64,000 nucleotides of DNA from Blastocatellia bacterium (GTDB lineage Bacteria; Acidobacteriota; Blastocatellia; UBA7656). Positions within the stretch are counted from its first letter, which is position 1, and each line of letters opens with the position of its first letter. The position numbers were made by a program, and so were the translations under genes. Below are positions 9,170 to 18,521 of the stretch, piece by piece. Where the stretch lies: contig DATFWY010000099.1 of the NCBI GenBank assembly GCA_035258805.1, positions 5,357-69,356 of the forward strand, in the 5' to 3' direction. The notes beneath the pieces were generated by a model. It was not told the origin of the DNA and searched no databases. It saw only the letters and a program-made list of their open reading frames with translations.

Positions 9170-10228
9170 TTGATGAGCGGCGAAAAAGTCCTAAAGATGG
9201 ACAGTCTGCTCGAGCCTCTCTTGCTTGTAACCAACGAGCAACAGGCCGATGAACTTCTCTTGCGTCTTATCTCAGAGCACGCTGAGCCTCTAATAAAAGG
9301 GATTATCCGTTACAAGCTGCACCTGAGTTTTCAACGAGCGCACCAGCGCGCCGAGGCCGACGATATTTATCAGGAAGTGCTGCTTCAGCTTCTCTCTGAG
9401 CTTGACAAACTGCGCAAGCGACCCGAGGAGAATCCCATTTCCGATGTCCGCGGCATCGCGGCGGTGATCGCTCATCGTACCTGTTCGAAATGGATGCGAC
9501 GGCAGTTTCCGGAGCGCCACGCGTTCAAGAACCGGCTCCAGTATCTGTTAACACGACAGCGAGGCTTAGCGCTGTGGCAGGATAAGGACGGGAGACTCGT
9601 GGCCGGTTTTGCGGTCTGGCAAGGAAACAAGCCCATAGCCAACGCATCCCTTGTGAGCGAGGTAGCGGTCGATGAAGGCCTTGCTTCCGAAGTTCAATCA
9701 CTGAAAGATGGCAAACAGCGCGAACTGGCTGACGCGGTTGCCGCCGTATTGAACCGTCTGGGTACTCCAATTGAATTCGATGAACTTGTTCGAATCCTGG
9801 CGCCGCATTTGGGAATCCGTGATCAGCCGCTCGAATCGCTCGACCAGGACAATGACACAGCAACTTTCCAGGCGACATCCGGAGACCCAGACCCTTCCTG
9901 GCAGGCAGAAAAAAGAATTTTCCTTCAGCGGCTTTGGGAGGAATTGCAGCAACTTCCTCGGAATCAGCGCTCGGCCTTGCTTTTGAATTTAAAGGATGCC
10001 GAAGGGCGCGGGTGCATTGCACTGTTTCCAACAACGCGGATCGCGTCAGTCCGCCAACTCGCGGAAACATTGGAGATAAGTGCCGAGGATCTTGCGGGGC
10101 TCTGGAACGAATTGCCGCTCGAGGATACAAGAATCGCCGAGCTACTCGGCCTGACGCGCCAACAGGTAATAAACGCGCGCAAATCGGGTCGCGAACGGTT
10201 GACGCGCCGGTTGAAAGGATTTATTTGA
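9170..10228 (+). CDS. Sigma-70 family (ECF-like) RNA polymerase sigma factor, atypically long
   Basis: The sigma-2-like region DDIYQEVLLQLLSELDKL..AHRTCSKWMRR and a C-terminal sigma-4-like HTH (IAELLGLTRQQVINARKSGRERLTRRL) are separated by a long insertion of about 150 aa. Confidence 0.55.
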   Translation: MMSGEKVLKMDSLLEPLLLVTNEQQADELLLRLISEHAEPLIKGIIRYKLHLSFQRAHQRAEADDIYQEVLLQLLSELDKLRKRPEENPISDVRGIAAVIAHRTCSKWMRRQFPERHAFKNRLQYLLTRQRGLALWQDKDGRLVAGFAVWQGNKPIANASLVSEVAVDEGLASEVQSLKDGKQRELADAVAAVLNRLGTPIEFDELVRILAPHLGIRDQPLESLDQDNDTATFQATSGDPDPSWQAEKRIFLQRLWEELQQLPRNQRSALLLNLKDAEGRGCIALFPTTRIASVRQLAETLEISAEDLAGLWNELPLEDTRIAELLGLTRQQVINARKSGRERLTRRLKGFI

Positions 10229-10310
10229 AGTGCGACGCCAATAAGTTGGACATTTCGTCAACTTATTAGACAAAGGGCAGTCGAAGTCCTGGCTGCGAGG
10301 ATTAATCAAA

Positions 10311-11606
10311 TTGATTGAACACCTGACCCAGAATCAGGTTGATGATTATCGTCGACAACAGCTGCGCCCTGCGGAACTGTTGTCCGTATCTGATCATCTC
10401 CACGAATGCGACGTCTGCCGCCGGCGGATCGAAATTGCCGTTGAACGCGACTCCACATTCTTCGCATTCAGATCCGAAATCTTTGGCGAATCAATTGATC
10501 TGCCCGAGCTCGATGGCCCTCATCTAACTAAATCACAGATCGAGTATGTTGATGGAAACCTTGTTGGTGAAGAGCATCAAATGGTCGTCGATCATTTGAG
10601 CCATTGTATTCAATGCTCCAGGGCGATTGACGATCTGCGCGTATTCAGGGAGCAGGTCGGATCGACACTGGATCGCGAATATGGTCCTGCCTCAACAGCC
10701 GCGAAAAGTCCAGGCTGGTGGGGTCAGGTGGTAGCGTCACTTCTCGCGCCATTTCGCGGCTATCCGATTGTCGCGTATGGCACTGCCCTAATGATCATCT
10801 TATTGGCGATTACTGGATGGTTATTGTGGCGAACAAAGCAAGCCGGGCCACCAAAAGAGGAGCTTGTCGTCGCACCATCCCCTTCCCCCTCGCCGCCTGA
10901 AGCGGTTCGACCAACAGCGCAAATTGTCGCCCGGCTGAATGACAACAATGGGGAATTGACGTTGGACCAGGAGGGCAATCTGTCAGGCGCCGGGGGCCTG
11001 CCGGAGTCTTATCAGAGCTTATTGAAACAAGCGCTAACTCGGCAAAAGCTGGAAGCCTCGGCGCAATTGAAAGGTCTTGCGCGTTCGCCCAGTTCCCTGA
11101 TGAGCTCAGATAAAGAACGACGAGAGTTTTCAGTAATTGAGCCTTTTGGAAAAGTACTAATGACCGATCGGCCCTCGTTCCGCTGGTCGCCAATGGAAGG
11201 AGCGACGAGCTATGTGGCGGAGGTCTATGACTCCGATTTCAACCTGATGGCCTCGAGTCCACAGCTCACGAATCCCAGTTGGACTGCTACGAAACCTCTC
11301 CCTCGAGGGCAGGTGTATTCCTGGCAGGTGAAAGCGATAAAGAGCGGCGAGGAATTTACATCGCCACGACCTCCTGCTCCACAAGCAAGATTTCGAGTTC
11401 TTGACCAGGCGAAAGCGAGCGAGCTTACAAAGGCGATGAAGAGCTACCCGTCATCTCATCTGATGTTGGGAATGCTGTACGCGGATGCTGGATTGCTGAC
11501 GGAGGCCGAGCAAGAATTGCGATTGTTACAAAAGACAAACCCTGATTCCGAGATAGCTCGCACTCTGCTAGGGCAAATTCAAGGACTTATGCGGAAAAGC
11601 AAGTAG
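10311..11606 (+). CDS. Putative anti-sigma factor: duplicated zf-HC2-like zinc finger, single TM, periplasmic C-terminal domain
   Basis: HLHECDVCRRRIE and HLSHCIQCSRAID each match the HxxxCxxC ChrR-type motif. One TM segment (IVAYGTALMIILLAITGWLLW). Lies directly downstream of the sigma factor. TTG start. Confidence 0.55.
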   Translation: MIEHLTQNQVDDYRRQQLRPAELLSVSDHLHECDVCRRRIEIAVERDSTFFAFRSEIFGESIDLPELDGPHLTKSQIEYVDGNLVGEEHQMVVDHLSHCIQCSRAIDDLRVFREQVGSTLDREYGPASTAAKSPGWWGQVVASLLAPFRGYPIVAYGTALMIILLAITGWLLWRTKQAGPPKEELVVAPSPSPSPPEAVRPTAQIVARLNDNNGELTLDQEGNLSGAGGLPESYQSLLKQALTRQKLEASAQLKGLARSPSSLMSSDKERREFSVIEPFGKVLMTDRPSFRWSPMEGATSYVAEVYDSDFNLMASSPQLTNPSWTATKPLPRGQVYSWQVKAIKSGEEFTSPRPPAPQARFRVLDQAKASELTKAMKSYPSSHLMLGMLYADAGLLTEAEQELRLLQKTNPDSEIARTLLGQIQGLMRKSK

Positions 11607-11880
11607 GCAGAAAGTAGCTGGCAGTAGGCAGTTGTACTTGTTGATTGCTTTTTGACGCTGGCGCCTATCCAAATACCGACTTCAAAACGAGATAACAATA
11701 AGACCCCTTCCTTCTCAGACGAAATATTAGCCTTCCCACAAGAAAATTTCTGCAGGCAGTAATATGCCCGTGCGTTCGGCAACTTGTTACAAAGTGGTTC
11801 TAATTTGGTTGGGTTTATTGGTTGTGGCTTGTGGCTCTTAGTTGTTGGTTCTGGTCTTTGAAGTTTGTGGTTCTTATCGG

Positions 11881-11932
11881 CTGCGTAATCTGCGGATTAT
11901 CGATTATCCGCATATTAAACGATTACGCATAA
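11881..11932. repeat. CTGCGTAATCTGCGGAT-family palindromic element upstream of the methyltransferase gene
   Basis: ctgcgtaatctgcggattatcgattatccgcatattaaacgattacgcataag has nested inverted repeats (tgcggataa/ttatccgca and gcgtaatc/gattacgc). It is flanked by GT-rich (11790-11875) and AC-rich (11933-11960) arms. Confidence 0.7.
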
Positions 11933-11984
11933 GAACTGAACCAACAACCAGAGACTGGAAACCTATTATGGAGGAGATATTTAA

Positions 11985-12764
11985 ATGCTTACTAGAATTG
12001 CGATCTTTATTTACGGTGTTTTGTGTTACGTGATCTTTTTCGGCACCTTTCTTTACGCTGCAGGGTTCATTGGCAATCTTGTGGTTCCGAAGTCTATTGA
12101 TTCAGGACCGACGGGTCCTCTTGGTGAGTCATTGTTGATCGATGCGGGCTTGCTTGCCCTTTTTGCGTTTCAGCACAGTCTGATGGCAAGACCCTGGTTT
12201 AAGCGTGCGTGGACACGACTGATTCCTGAACCAGCCGAGCGCAGCACCTACGTGCTTCTATCATCAGTGGCACTGATCTTACTGTTCTGGCAGTGGAGGC
12301 CGATCGGCGGCGTGGTATGGAACATCGAAGATTCGACGCTGCGTATGATCACTTACGGACTTTGGGCGAAAGGCTGGCTTCTTGTCCTGATCAGCACTTT
12401 TCTTTTGAATCATTTTGATCTGTTCGGACTCAGACAGGTTTATCTCTTCCTTCGTGGGAAAAAGTATGCGCAATTGGTATTCAACACTCCGGCGATCTAT
12501 CGTCACGTTCGTCACCCGCTTTATCTGGGATGGCTGTTTGCGTTCTGGGCAACGCCAACGATGAGAGTGCCGCATTTGGTCTTCTCGATAGCCACTACGC
12601 TTTACATTTTCATCGCTATCCAGTTTGAGGAGAGAGATCTTGTAAAGACATTTGGAGATGAGTACCGGCGATATCAAGAACGAGTACCGATGATCCTGCC
12701 GTTCAGATTTCGTAAACCTGTAGCCACCGGTTTGCTCCCGAATCAAAATGTAAAATCTGCCTAG
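11985..12764 (+). CDS. Membrane methyltransferase, isoprenylcysteine carboxyl methyltransferase (ICMT/MddA-like) family
   Basis: 259 aa polytopic membrane protein with the C-terminal conserved block HVRHPLYLGWLFAFWATP...EERDLVKTFGDEYRRYQ, characteristic of ICMT/PEMT-fold methyltransferases. Confidence 0.65.
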   Translation: MLTRIAIFIYGVLCYVIFFGTFLYAAGFIGNLVVPKSIDSGPTGPLGESLLIDAGLLALFAFQHSLMARPWFKRAWTRLIPEPAERSTYVLLSSVALILLFWQWRPIGGVVWNIEDSTLRMITYGLWAKGWLLVLISTFLLNHFDLFGLRQVYLFLRGKKYAQLVFNTPAIYRHVRHPLYLGWLFAFWATPTMRVPHLVFSIATTLYIFIAIQFEERDLVKTFGDEYRRYQERVPMILPFRFRKPVATGLLPNQNVKSA

Positions 12765-12965
12765 AAGGTCAGAGTGAGGCGTGAGGAGATGTTTTCTTGC
12801 GCCTCACTCTTGGCAGGGAGTTGCCAGCCAAACCGTCTTTAACTCTCTAAGCAACTTCGCGGAACTGATTTGTGCGAGATAAACCCTTTCGAAAAGTGGT
12901 CCTCGCATGGTCAACCGCCGCAAAGACTATTAATCGGCCATCATCTAAATCGAAGTAGGATTTCA

Positions 12966-13535
12966 ATGAGGAGAAAGTCAATGAATCATATGATTACCAA
13001 ACGTATAATCGGTCTAATCATTACGCTCGCAATTTTTGTAATAGCATCATCTGCCAGTCCTGCCGTTCCGGACGGCGAAACCATCACGGTGCCAACCTTG
13101 CCTTCCCCCCTGTGCGACGAGGTACGAGTACCCGCGGGGAACGAAGTGTTCTTCCACGTGTACGCCCGTGGCCTACAGATCTACAGATGGACCGGGACAG
13201 CATGGGTGGTGACGCCATCGGCGACTCTTTACGCGGACGCCGGCTATCACGGGCAGGTCGGAACTCACTACGCTGGTCCCACCTGGGAAAGCAACAGTGG
13301 TAGCTTTGTTAAAGCAACACGAAGGGAAGGCTGTTCACCAGATGCGTCTGCAATTCAATGGTTGAAACTCGAGGCGACATCTACCAGTGGTCCCGGAGTG
13401 TTCAGTGCGGTGACCTATATTCAAAGGGTCAACACCGTCGGTGGATTGGCGCCCACAGCTCAAGGCTCGTACATTAACGAATCGGTAGAGGTTCCTTACA
13501 CGGCAGAGTATTACTTCTATCGCGGCGGGCAGTGA
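12966..13535 (+). CDS. Secreted DUF3455-like protein
   Basis: Signal peptide MNHMITKRIIGLIITLAIFVIASSA, then FHVYARGLQIYRW, which resembles the DUF3455 core (A.G.Q.Y.C). The track extends the N-terminus to 12870, and an internal Met start is more likely. Confidence 0.45.
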   Translation: MRRKSMNHMITKRIIGLIITLAIFVIASSASPAVPDGETITVPTLPSPLCDEVRVPAGNEVFFHVYARGLQIYRWTGTAWVVTPSATLYADAGYHGQVGTHYAGPTWESNSGSFVKATRREGCSPDASAIQWLKLEATSTSGPGVFSAVTYIQRVNTVGGLAPTAQGSYINESVEVPYTAEYYFYRGGQ

Positions 13536-13579
13536 GACGAACTGTTCACGAACAAGCCACACGTAGTAACGAATGCTCA

Positions 13580-13616
13580 CGTAGTAACGAATGAATTCGT
13601 TACTACGTGAGCGTGA
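13580..13616. terminator. Near-perfect 17-bp-stem hairpin between convergent genes, a likely bidirectional terminator. It belongs to a dispersed repeat family.
   Basis: ctcacgtagtaacgaat-ga-attcgttactacgtgag is a perfect inverted repeat. It is preceded by a direct half-copy, cacgtagtaacgaatg at 13561. The core AATTCGTTACTACGTGA recurs at 48141 and 57137. Confidence 0.7.
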
Positions 13617-13637
13617 ATCAGAACGTATAGTTCACAC

Positions 13638-15050
13638 CTATGAGGGCCATTTTCTTAGAGCAGTCTGGGCCGCGTGATAGCCACAAAGCCCATGGACCCC
13701 GCCACCTGGCGGAGTCGATGACGAGCATAGGTAGAGATCCTGTCGAGGTGTCGAATACCACATTGAAGTTGGACGCACCAGCAACTGGCTAAGCTCTGCC
13801 GAGCCTCCGTTAATGTCACCCCCAACAAGATTTGCATTGTGAGCTTCCAAATCGGCCGTGGTCATAACACTCCGCGCGAGAATGCAGTCCCGAAACCCCG
13901 GAGCAAATCGTTCAATCTGTTTCTCGATGCGTTCGCTCATATCCACGGTTGAGCCGTTTGGAACGTGACAATATCCCCACAGCGTGTGTCGGCCACCGGG
14001 CGCTCGCGACGGATCGAAAAGAGTCGGCTGTGAGAGTATCGTGAATGGCCGCTCGGGATGTAACCCGTCGATTACCTGGCGCTCGGATAGCAAAATGTCG
14101 CTGAAAGATGAACCGAGGTGCACAGTCGCCGAGGTGAAACACTCTTTTGCTTTCCACGGAACCGGTTGGCTCAACGCCCAATCCATTTTGAAGACACCCG
14201 CACCGTACCGGTAGCTACTTAATTTCCGGCTAAAGTCTGCCGGCAATGAATTGCCCGCGATGCTGACGAGCTGCCGAGGCGTAAGGTCGCACAGGATAGC
14301 CTTGGCCTGTGGAAGTTCATCAACCGAAACAATACGACGTTCAGTTACAATTTCGCCCCCGAGAGCCTTCAGATGTGCTCCCAACGCGTTACTGATGCTC
14401 TGCGATCCGCAGGCCGCTACTGGCCACCCGATTGCGTGCGCCAATCCTGCTAGGATTAATCCAAACGCCGAAGTTCCCTGCTGATCCATTGCCAAGCCAG
14501 AGTGGGCCGCCAGACCCAAAAAGACAGCCCGGGCCCTATCACTACGAAATATGGCACTGGCAAGACTCTTCGCAGGCTTTAGTGCAGACCACCCAAAACG
14601 GGCAGTTCGTAAAGGGTGCCTCGGAAATCGTGGTGGTCCTAAGACGTCGACCGCTAACTCCGACCAATGCTCCGCAACCGGCGCTATCAGCTCCTTGTAT
14701 GCTTGACAATCATTTTCAAAGGAAGTGCCGGTTTCCTCGATAGACTTAGTCAAGACAATTGCGGAACCGTCTTCGAAAGGGTGAGCTAAAGCGGCGGGCG
14801 GATAAACATAGCGCAAGCCGTACCGATCCAACGGCAGCCGGGCGAAGCAGGTTGAGCTCGCGGCCATCGGATGAACTGCCGAACAGATATCGTGAACAAA
14901 TCCTGGCAGTGTAAGCTCGGCGGATCGGGCGCTGCCTCCAATTGTGGGATTTGCTTCGTAGATGCGGACGGATTTCCCCGCGCTCGCGAGTTCAATAGCC
15001 GCCATTAAGCCGTTCGGCCCTGCGCCGATTACAATCGCGTCATAGATCAT
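13638..15050 (-). CDS. FAD-dependent oxidoreductase, phytoene desaturase-like family (COG1233)
   Basis: N-terminal Rossmann dinucleotide motif MIYDAIVIGAGPNGLMAAIELASAGKSVRIYEA and the overall 470-aa CrtI-like layout. Confidence 0.8.
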   Translation of the reverse strand: MIYDAIVIGAGPNGLMAAIELASAGKSVRIYEANPTIGGSARSAELTLPGFVHDICSAVHPMAASSTCFARLPLDRYGLRYVYPPAALAHPFEDGSAIVLTKSIEETGTSFENDCQAYKELIAPVAEHWSELAVDVLGPPRFPRHPLRTARFGWSALKPAKSLASAIFRSDRARAVFLGLAAHSGLAMDQQGTSAFGLILAGLAHAIGWPVAACGSQSISNALGAHLKALGGEIVTERRIVSVDELPQAKAILCDLTPRQLVSIAGNSLPADFSRKLSSYRYGAGVFKMDWALSQPVPWKAKECFTSATVHLGSSFSDILLSERQVIDGLHPERPFTILSQPTLFDPSRAPGGRHTLWGYCHVPNGSTVDMSERIEKQIERFAPGFRDCILARSVMTTADLEAHNANLVGGDINGGSAELSQLLVRPTSMWYSTPRQDLYLCSSSTPPGGGVHGLCGYHAAQTALRKWPS

Positions 15051-15406
15051 CTTAGTTCGGAGTTCGGCGTTTAGCGTTCAGCGTTTGAGGTTTCGGTTAG
15101 CAACTTTTGCGTCGAATTCGAGTTTCTCTATCTCAAACTTTAGATTCTGATCACTGATTCTGAACAGTCAACTTTGAATCTCGACCCGAAATACTGAATG
15201 ACGACCCTGAACACTGAAAATGAACGTTGAGCTCTGAACTGTGAACTACTTCTTTCTGCCGGCTTTTTTACCCCTTTTTTGCCGCCTTTCTTGCCTCCCT
15301 TTCTGGAGAAAAAGTGAAGAGAGAGATATTTGGGCCTGTTGGCATTTCACTTGCAGGACTGTTGGCTTCGTTGCTAAGAAATTAGCTCTAAGAAAAAAGG
15401 ACAAAA

Positions 15407-16387
15407 ATGAACATACTCGTCACTGGCGGAGCCGGTTATATCGGCAGCGTAGTTGCTGAAGAACTCGTTAAAGTGGGGCACGCGGTCGTCGTCTACGACA
15501 GCCTCTACAAGGGTCATCGTGGGGCGGTGGTCAAAGACGCGAAATTGATAACCGGCGATCTCACGGATAGTGAGACGCTTGGTCAGACGCTAAAGGAGCA
15601 CAGAATTGACGGAGTCATCCATCTTGCCGCCGATTCGCTTGTAGGCGAGTCCGTTCTCAATCCGGGTAAGTACTACGGCAATAACGTAACAGCCGGTTTG
15701 GTGCTTCTCGAGGAAATGCGCAAGTATGAGGTCTCCAAAATCGTATTCTCATCTACCGCCGCGGTTTACGGTGAGCCTCAGAAACAGCCGATTCAGGAGT
15801 CGGATCCTCTAAATCCAACAAACCCTTATGGCGAGACCAAGATTGCCTTCGAACGCGCACTACACTGGTATGAAAAGGCTTATGGCATTCACTATTCGTC
15901 GCTGCGCTACTTTAATGCTGCAGGGGCGACCGAACAATGTGGAGAGCTTCATGAACCGGAAACTCATCTGATTCCACTAGTGCTTCAGGTGGCAGCTGGC
16001 AAGCGGCCATTCGTCGAAATTTATGGCGACGATTATGAAACGCCCGATGGCACATGCATCCGAGACTACATTCATGTTGCTGATCTGGCGCGTGCCCACG
16101 TTCTCGCACTCGGAATACTCGACTCCAGGAGCAGCATCTACAACCTCGGTTGCGGCGGCGCTGGCTACAGCGTTAGAGAGGTAATAAACGTCGGAAATGA
16201 GATTACCAGCCGCGAATGTCCCGTTCGAGTTGGCAAACGAAGGGCAGGAGACCCTGCGGTTCTAATAGCGGGTTCAGAAAAAATTAAAGAGGAACTTGGA
16301 TGGTCGCCCGAACAGCAGGACCTGCATTCAATAATTGAGTCGGCCTGGAGGTGGATGCGAACCCATCCGAATGGTTACGCCCAATAG
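15407..16387 (+). CDS. galE: UDP-glucose 4-epimerase
   Basis: MNILVTGGAGYIGS..., YxxxK (YGETKIAFE) and full-length similarity to GalE/SDR extended family. Length 326 aa. Confidence 0.9.
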   Translation: MNILVTGGAGYIGSVVAEELVKVGHAVVVYDSLYKGHRGAVVKDAKLITGDLTDSETLGQTLKEHRIDGVIHLAADSLVGESVLNPGKYYGNNVTAGLVLLEEMRKYEVSKIVFSSTAAVYGEPQKQPIQESDPLNPTNPYGETKIAFERALHWYEKAYGIHYSSLRYFNAAGATEQCGELHEPETHLIPLVLQVAAGKRPFVEIYGDDYETPDGTCIRDYIHVADLARAHVLALGILDSRSSIYNLGCGGAGYSVREVINVGNEITSRECPVRVGKRRAGDPAVLIAGSEKIKEELGWSPEQQDLHSIIESAWRWMRTHPNGYAQ

Positions 16388-16458
16388 TTTTATTCCGGAG
16401 TAGACGGCCAAGCTGATCCTGGAATGGGACATGTGTGATGTGTATGAACTCCGAACTG

Positions 16459-17679
16459 CTAAGCAGAGTGCGCCTTATTTGGGCACCGGTAATCAAGTTT
16501 TCTCCACTCCTGAAAATCGTCCTTCGTCTGCTGTGCCATAGCAATTGAGGCATCTAAAAGCCATTTAGACGAGGTGTAATTACTCGACTGTTTCCCCAGA
16601 TGCTGGAGCACACCAGCCGCCGCGTCCCGTGATGACAAATGTATATTGGCCGTTTCCTTCCCCATTGCACGCAGCAGTCTTTTTTGGAGCTCGTCTCCTT
16701 TATTTCCAAGGTCGAGATCTTCTATAGCAACTTTGAAAGTATCCGGCCCAATACGGCGCACAACCCAACTGCCCGCTATCATCAGCCAGGGATCGCTTGA
16801 CCGTACTGCCTGCGCGACTATCTGACGATAGTAGATGGTCCTTTTGGCTAATTCCGTGGCAGACGACTTGTCCTCCTCTTGATTCGCCCAGAGCCACGCA
16901 GAAGGTGCAAGCGCTTTTGCTTCCCGAACAATGACGCCCCCTCGCCAGTCCTCTGCAACTGCTGTCAGGCGCGGGCGACCCAGACTTCCCAAGCCGGCTT
17001 CCCGATGTCTGATCACGTAATCCGGGGTTGGTTGAGGAAAACAAGAGTTCAGTGCCGCCACTGCCTCGGCTGAAACTGTGCCTTTGACCTTTTCCAGATT
17101 TCTGTATTTCTTACAGAACTTTGCGAACAGATCGTCATGATCATCACTCTTCTTGTCGTTGGAAATGAGCTTACTCATGACTACGTCTCTCAGCCATTTA
17201 TGATCCTCCGCCAAAACAAAGGGCCGGGACTCCTGCATTCCCTTTACGTACCCCTCCTGGATTGATGCACACGCTTCCTTGATGTCCAGGTTGAGCGCGT
17301 TAGAGGAATCTTGTATGGCGAGGCAGGCGCTTGTCGCTAAGCGAACCAGATCGTTTGTATAGGGCAGAAAGCACGCTTCATCGAAATCATTCACTCCCCA
17401 GGTTAGACGCCCTTCAGCATCCCGCCAGGTCCCGAAGTTCTCAATATGCAGGTCCCCAACGCCCAGGACTCTCGGAGCAGCGCATAACTCCGGAAAGTGC
17501 TTCGGGAACAAGTGCGACCAGCGGTAAAAAGTGGCTCGAAGGAAAGGGAACTCGCTGCATGTCATCTTGTTGTGCTTGATGTTGAGTTCGTCTTCATCAA
17601 TCACCATTATCGAGCGCAGCCAGTTATCGTATTCGTTTGTGGCTTTGACGACACCCATTCTGATCCTCCCTGCTACCAA
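16459..17679 (-). CDS. DUF2252 domain protein
   Basis: The VLGVGDLHIENFG block is characteristic of DUF2252. Length 406 aa. Function unknown. Confidence 0.6.
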   Translation of the reverse strand: MVAGRIRMGVVKATNEYDNWLRSIMVIDEDELNIKHNKMTCSEFPFLRATFYRWSHLFPKHFPELCAAPRVLGVGDLHIENFGTWRDAEGRLTWGVNDFDEACFLPYTNDLVRLATSACLAIQDSSNALNLDIKEACASIQEGYVKGMQESRPFVLAEDHKWLRDVVMSKLISNDKKSDDHDDLFAKFCKKYRNLEKVKGTVSAEAVAALNSCFPQPTPDYVIRHREAGLGSLGRPRLTAVAEDWRGGVIVREAKALAPSAWLWANQEEDKSSATELAKRTIYYRQIVAQAVRSSDPWLMIAGSWVVRRIGPDTFKVAIEDLDLGNKGDELQKRLLRAMGKETANIHLSSRDAAAGVLQHLGKQSSNYTSSKWLLDASIAMAQQTKDDFQEWRKLDYRCPNKAHSA

Positions 17680-17768
17680 CTAACTTTGAAAAAATCACTA
17701 ACCTTCTTATGCCTTACGCATTGATTTGTTGATGAAACTGCGGCGTAAAAGCCCCCTATATTGAAGCG

Positions 17769-18521
17769 TCACAGCACATGCTCTGTGTGGTAGGCTCCAG
17801 TGATAGGCGACCGCTTCTGATCTTCATAGTATTGATGCCACCATTTTGCCGCCTGCCAGATCGCCTCTGGGCAGCTCGACCGGCTTTCGAGCCCTGGCGT
17901 CAAATCGAAGCCTGCAGCGCCAATCGCAATCTCCAGCATCGCTGCCGACGGGATACCCATTCCATCCAGCAGTGGATTGGCGCTCCGCGCAACACCCCAA
18001 ACATATTCCATCCAGCGGATAACCAGATGCACCGCGTCGAGAACGGCGCGCTGCCTCTGAAACCGGTCTAACGCGTTCAACACTGCTTTTTGAGTAATCG
18101 GCACCTTCAGCACTGCAATGTTCGGGTATTCCTCGGGGTCACGGTATTGACCAAGCTTCCCCTTTTGCATGCCGTTCGTCGGCGGTGGAAAACCAAATCC
18201 TTGTGTCGGCTCCAACGAAATCTCTGTGACTGGAGTTGATGCGGGATTCTTTGCAGCCTTACCCAATAACATCACGTGCGACCAGTGACTCGGCACCAGG
18301 TCGTGCCGAACGTGGGACTGCGCCACTCGCAGGCGGATAGCCGCCGGGCTTTTGCCGCCAACCATTACGAGTATGACTTCATCGTCTACGGTGGGAGCGT
18401 TGCGAGCTAGCCACTGGAGATTGTCTTCCGCTTTAAGCCGATCAACCTCTTTCAGTAAGTCGCTGGGCGCGGCGGCGTTGGAGCTGATGATGTTAATCAC
18501 TGATAAATCCTCCTTAGGCAA
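17769..18521 (-). CDS. Hypothetical protein
   Basis: 250-aa ORF with no recognisable motif. Its start overlaps the stop of the upstream PhoD-like gene by 8 bp, so co-transcription is likely. Confidence 0.5.
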   Translation of the reverse strand: MPKEDLSVINIISSNAAAPSDLLKEVDRLKAEDNLQWLARNAPTVDDEVILVMVGGKSPAAIRLRVAQSHVRHDLVPSHWSHVMLLGKAAKNPASTPVTEISLEPTQGFGFPPPTNGMQKGKLGQYRDPEEYPNIAVLKVPITQKAVLNALDRFQRQRAVLDAVHLVIRWMEYVWGVARSANPLLDGMGIPSAAMLEIAIGAAGFDLTPGLESRSSCPEAIWQAAKWWHQYYEDQKRSPITGAYHTEHVL

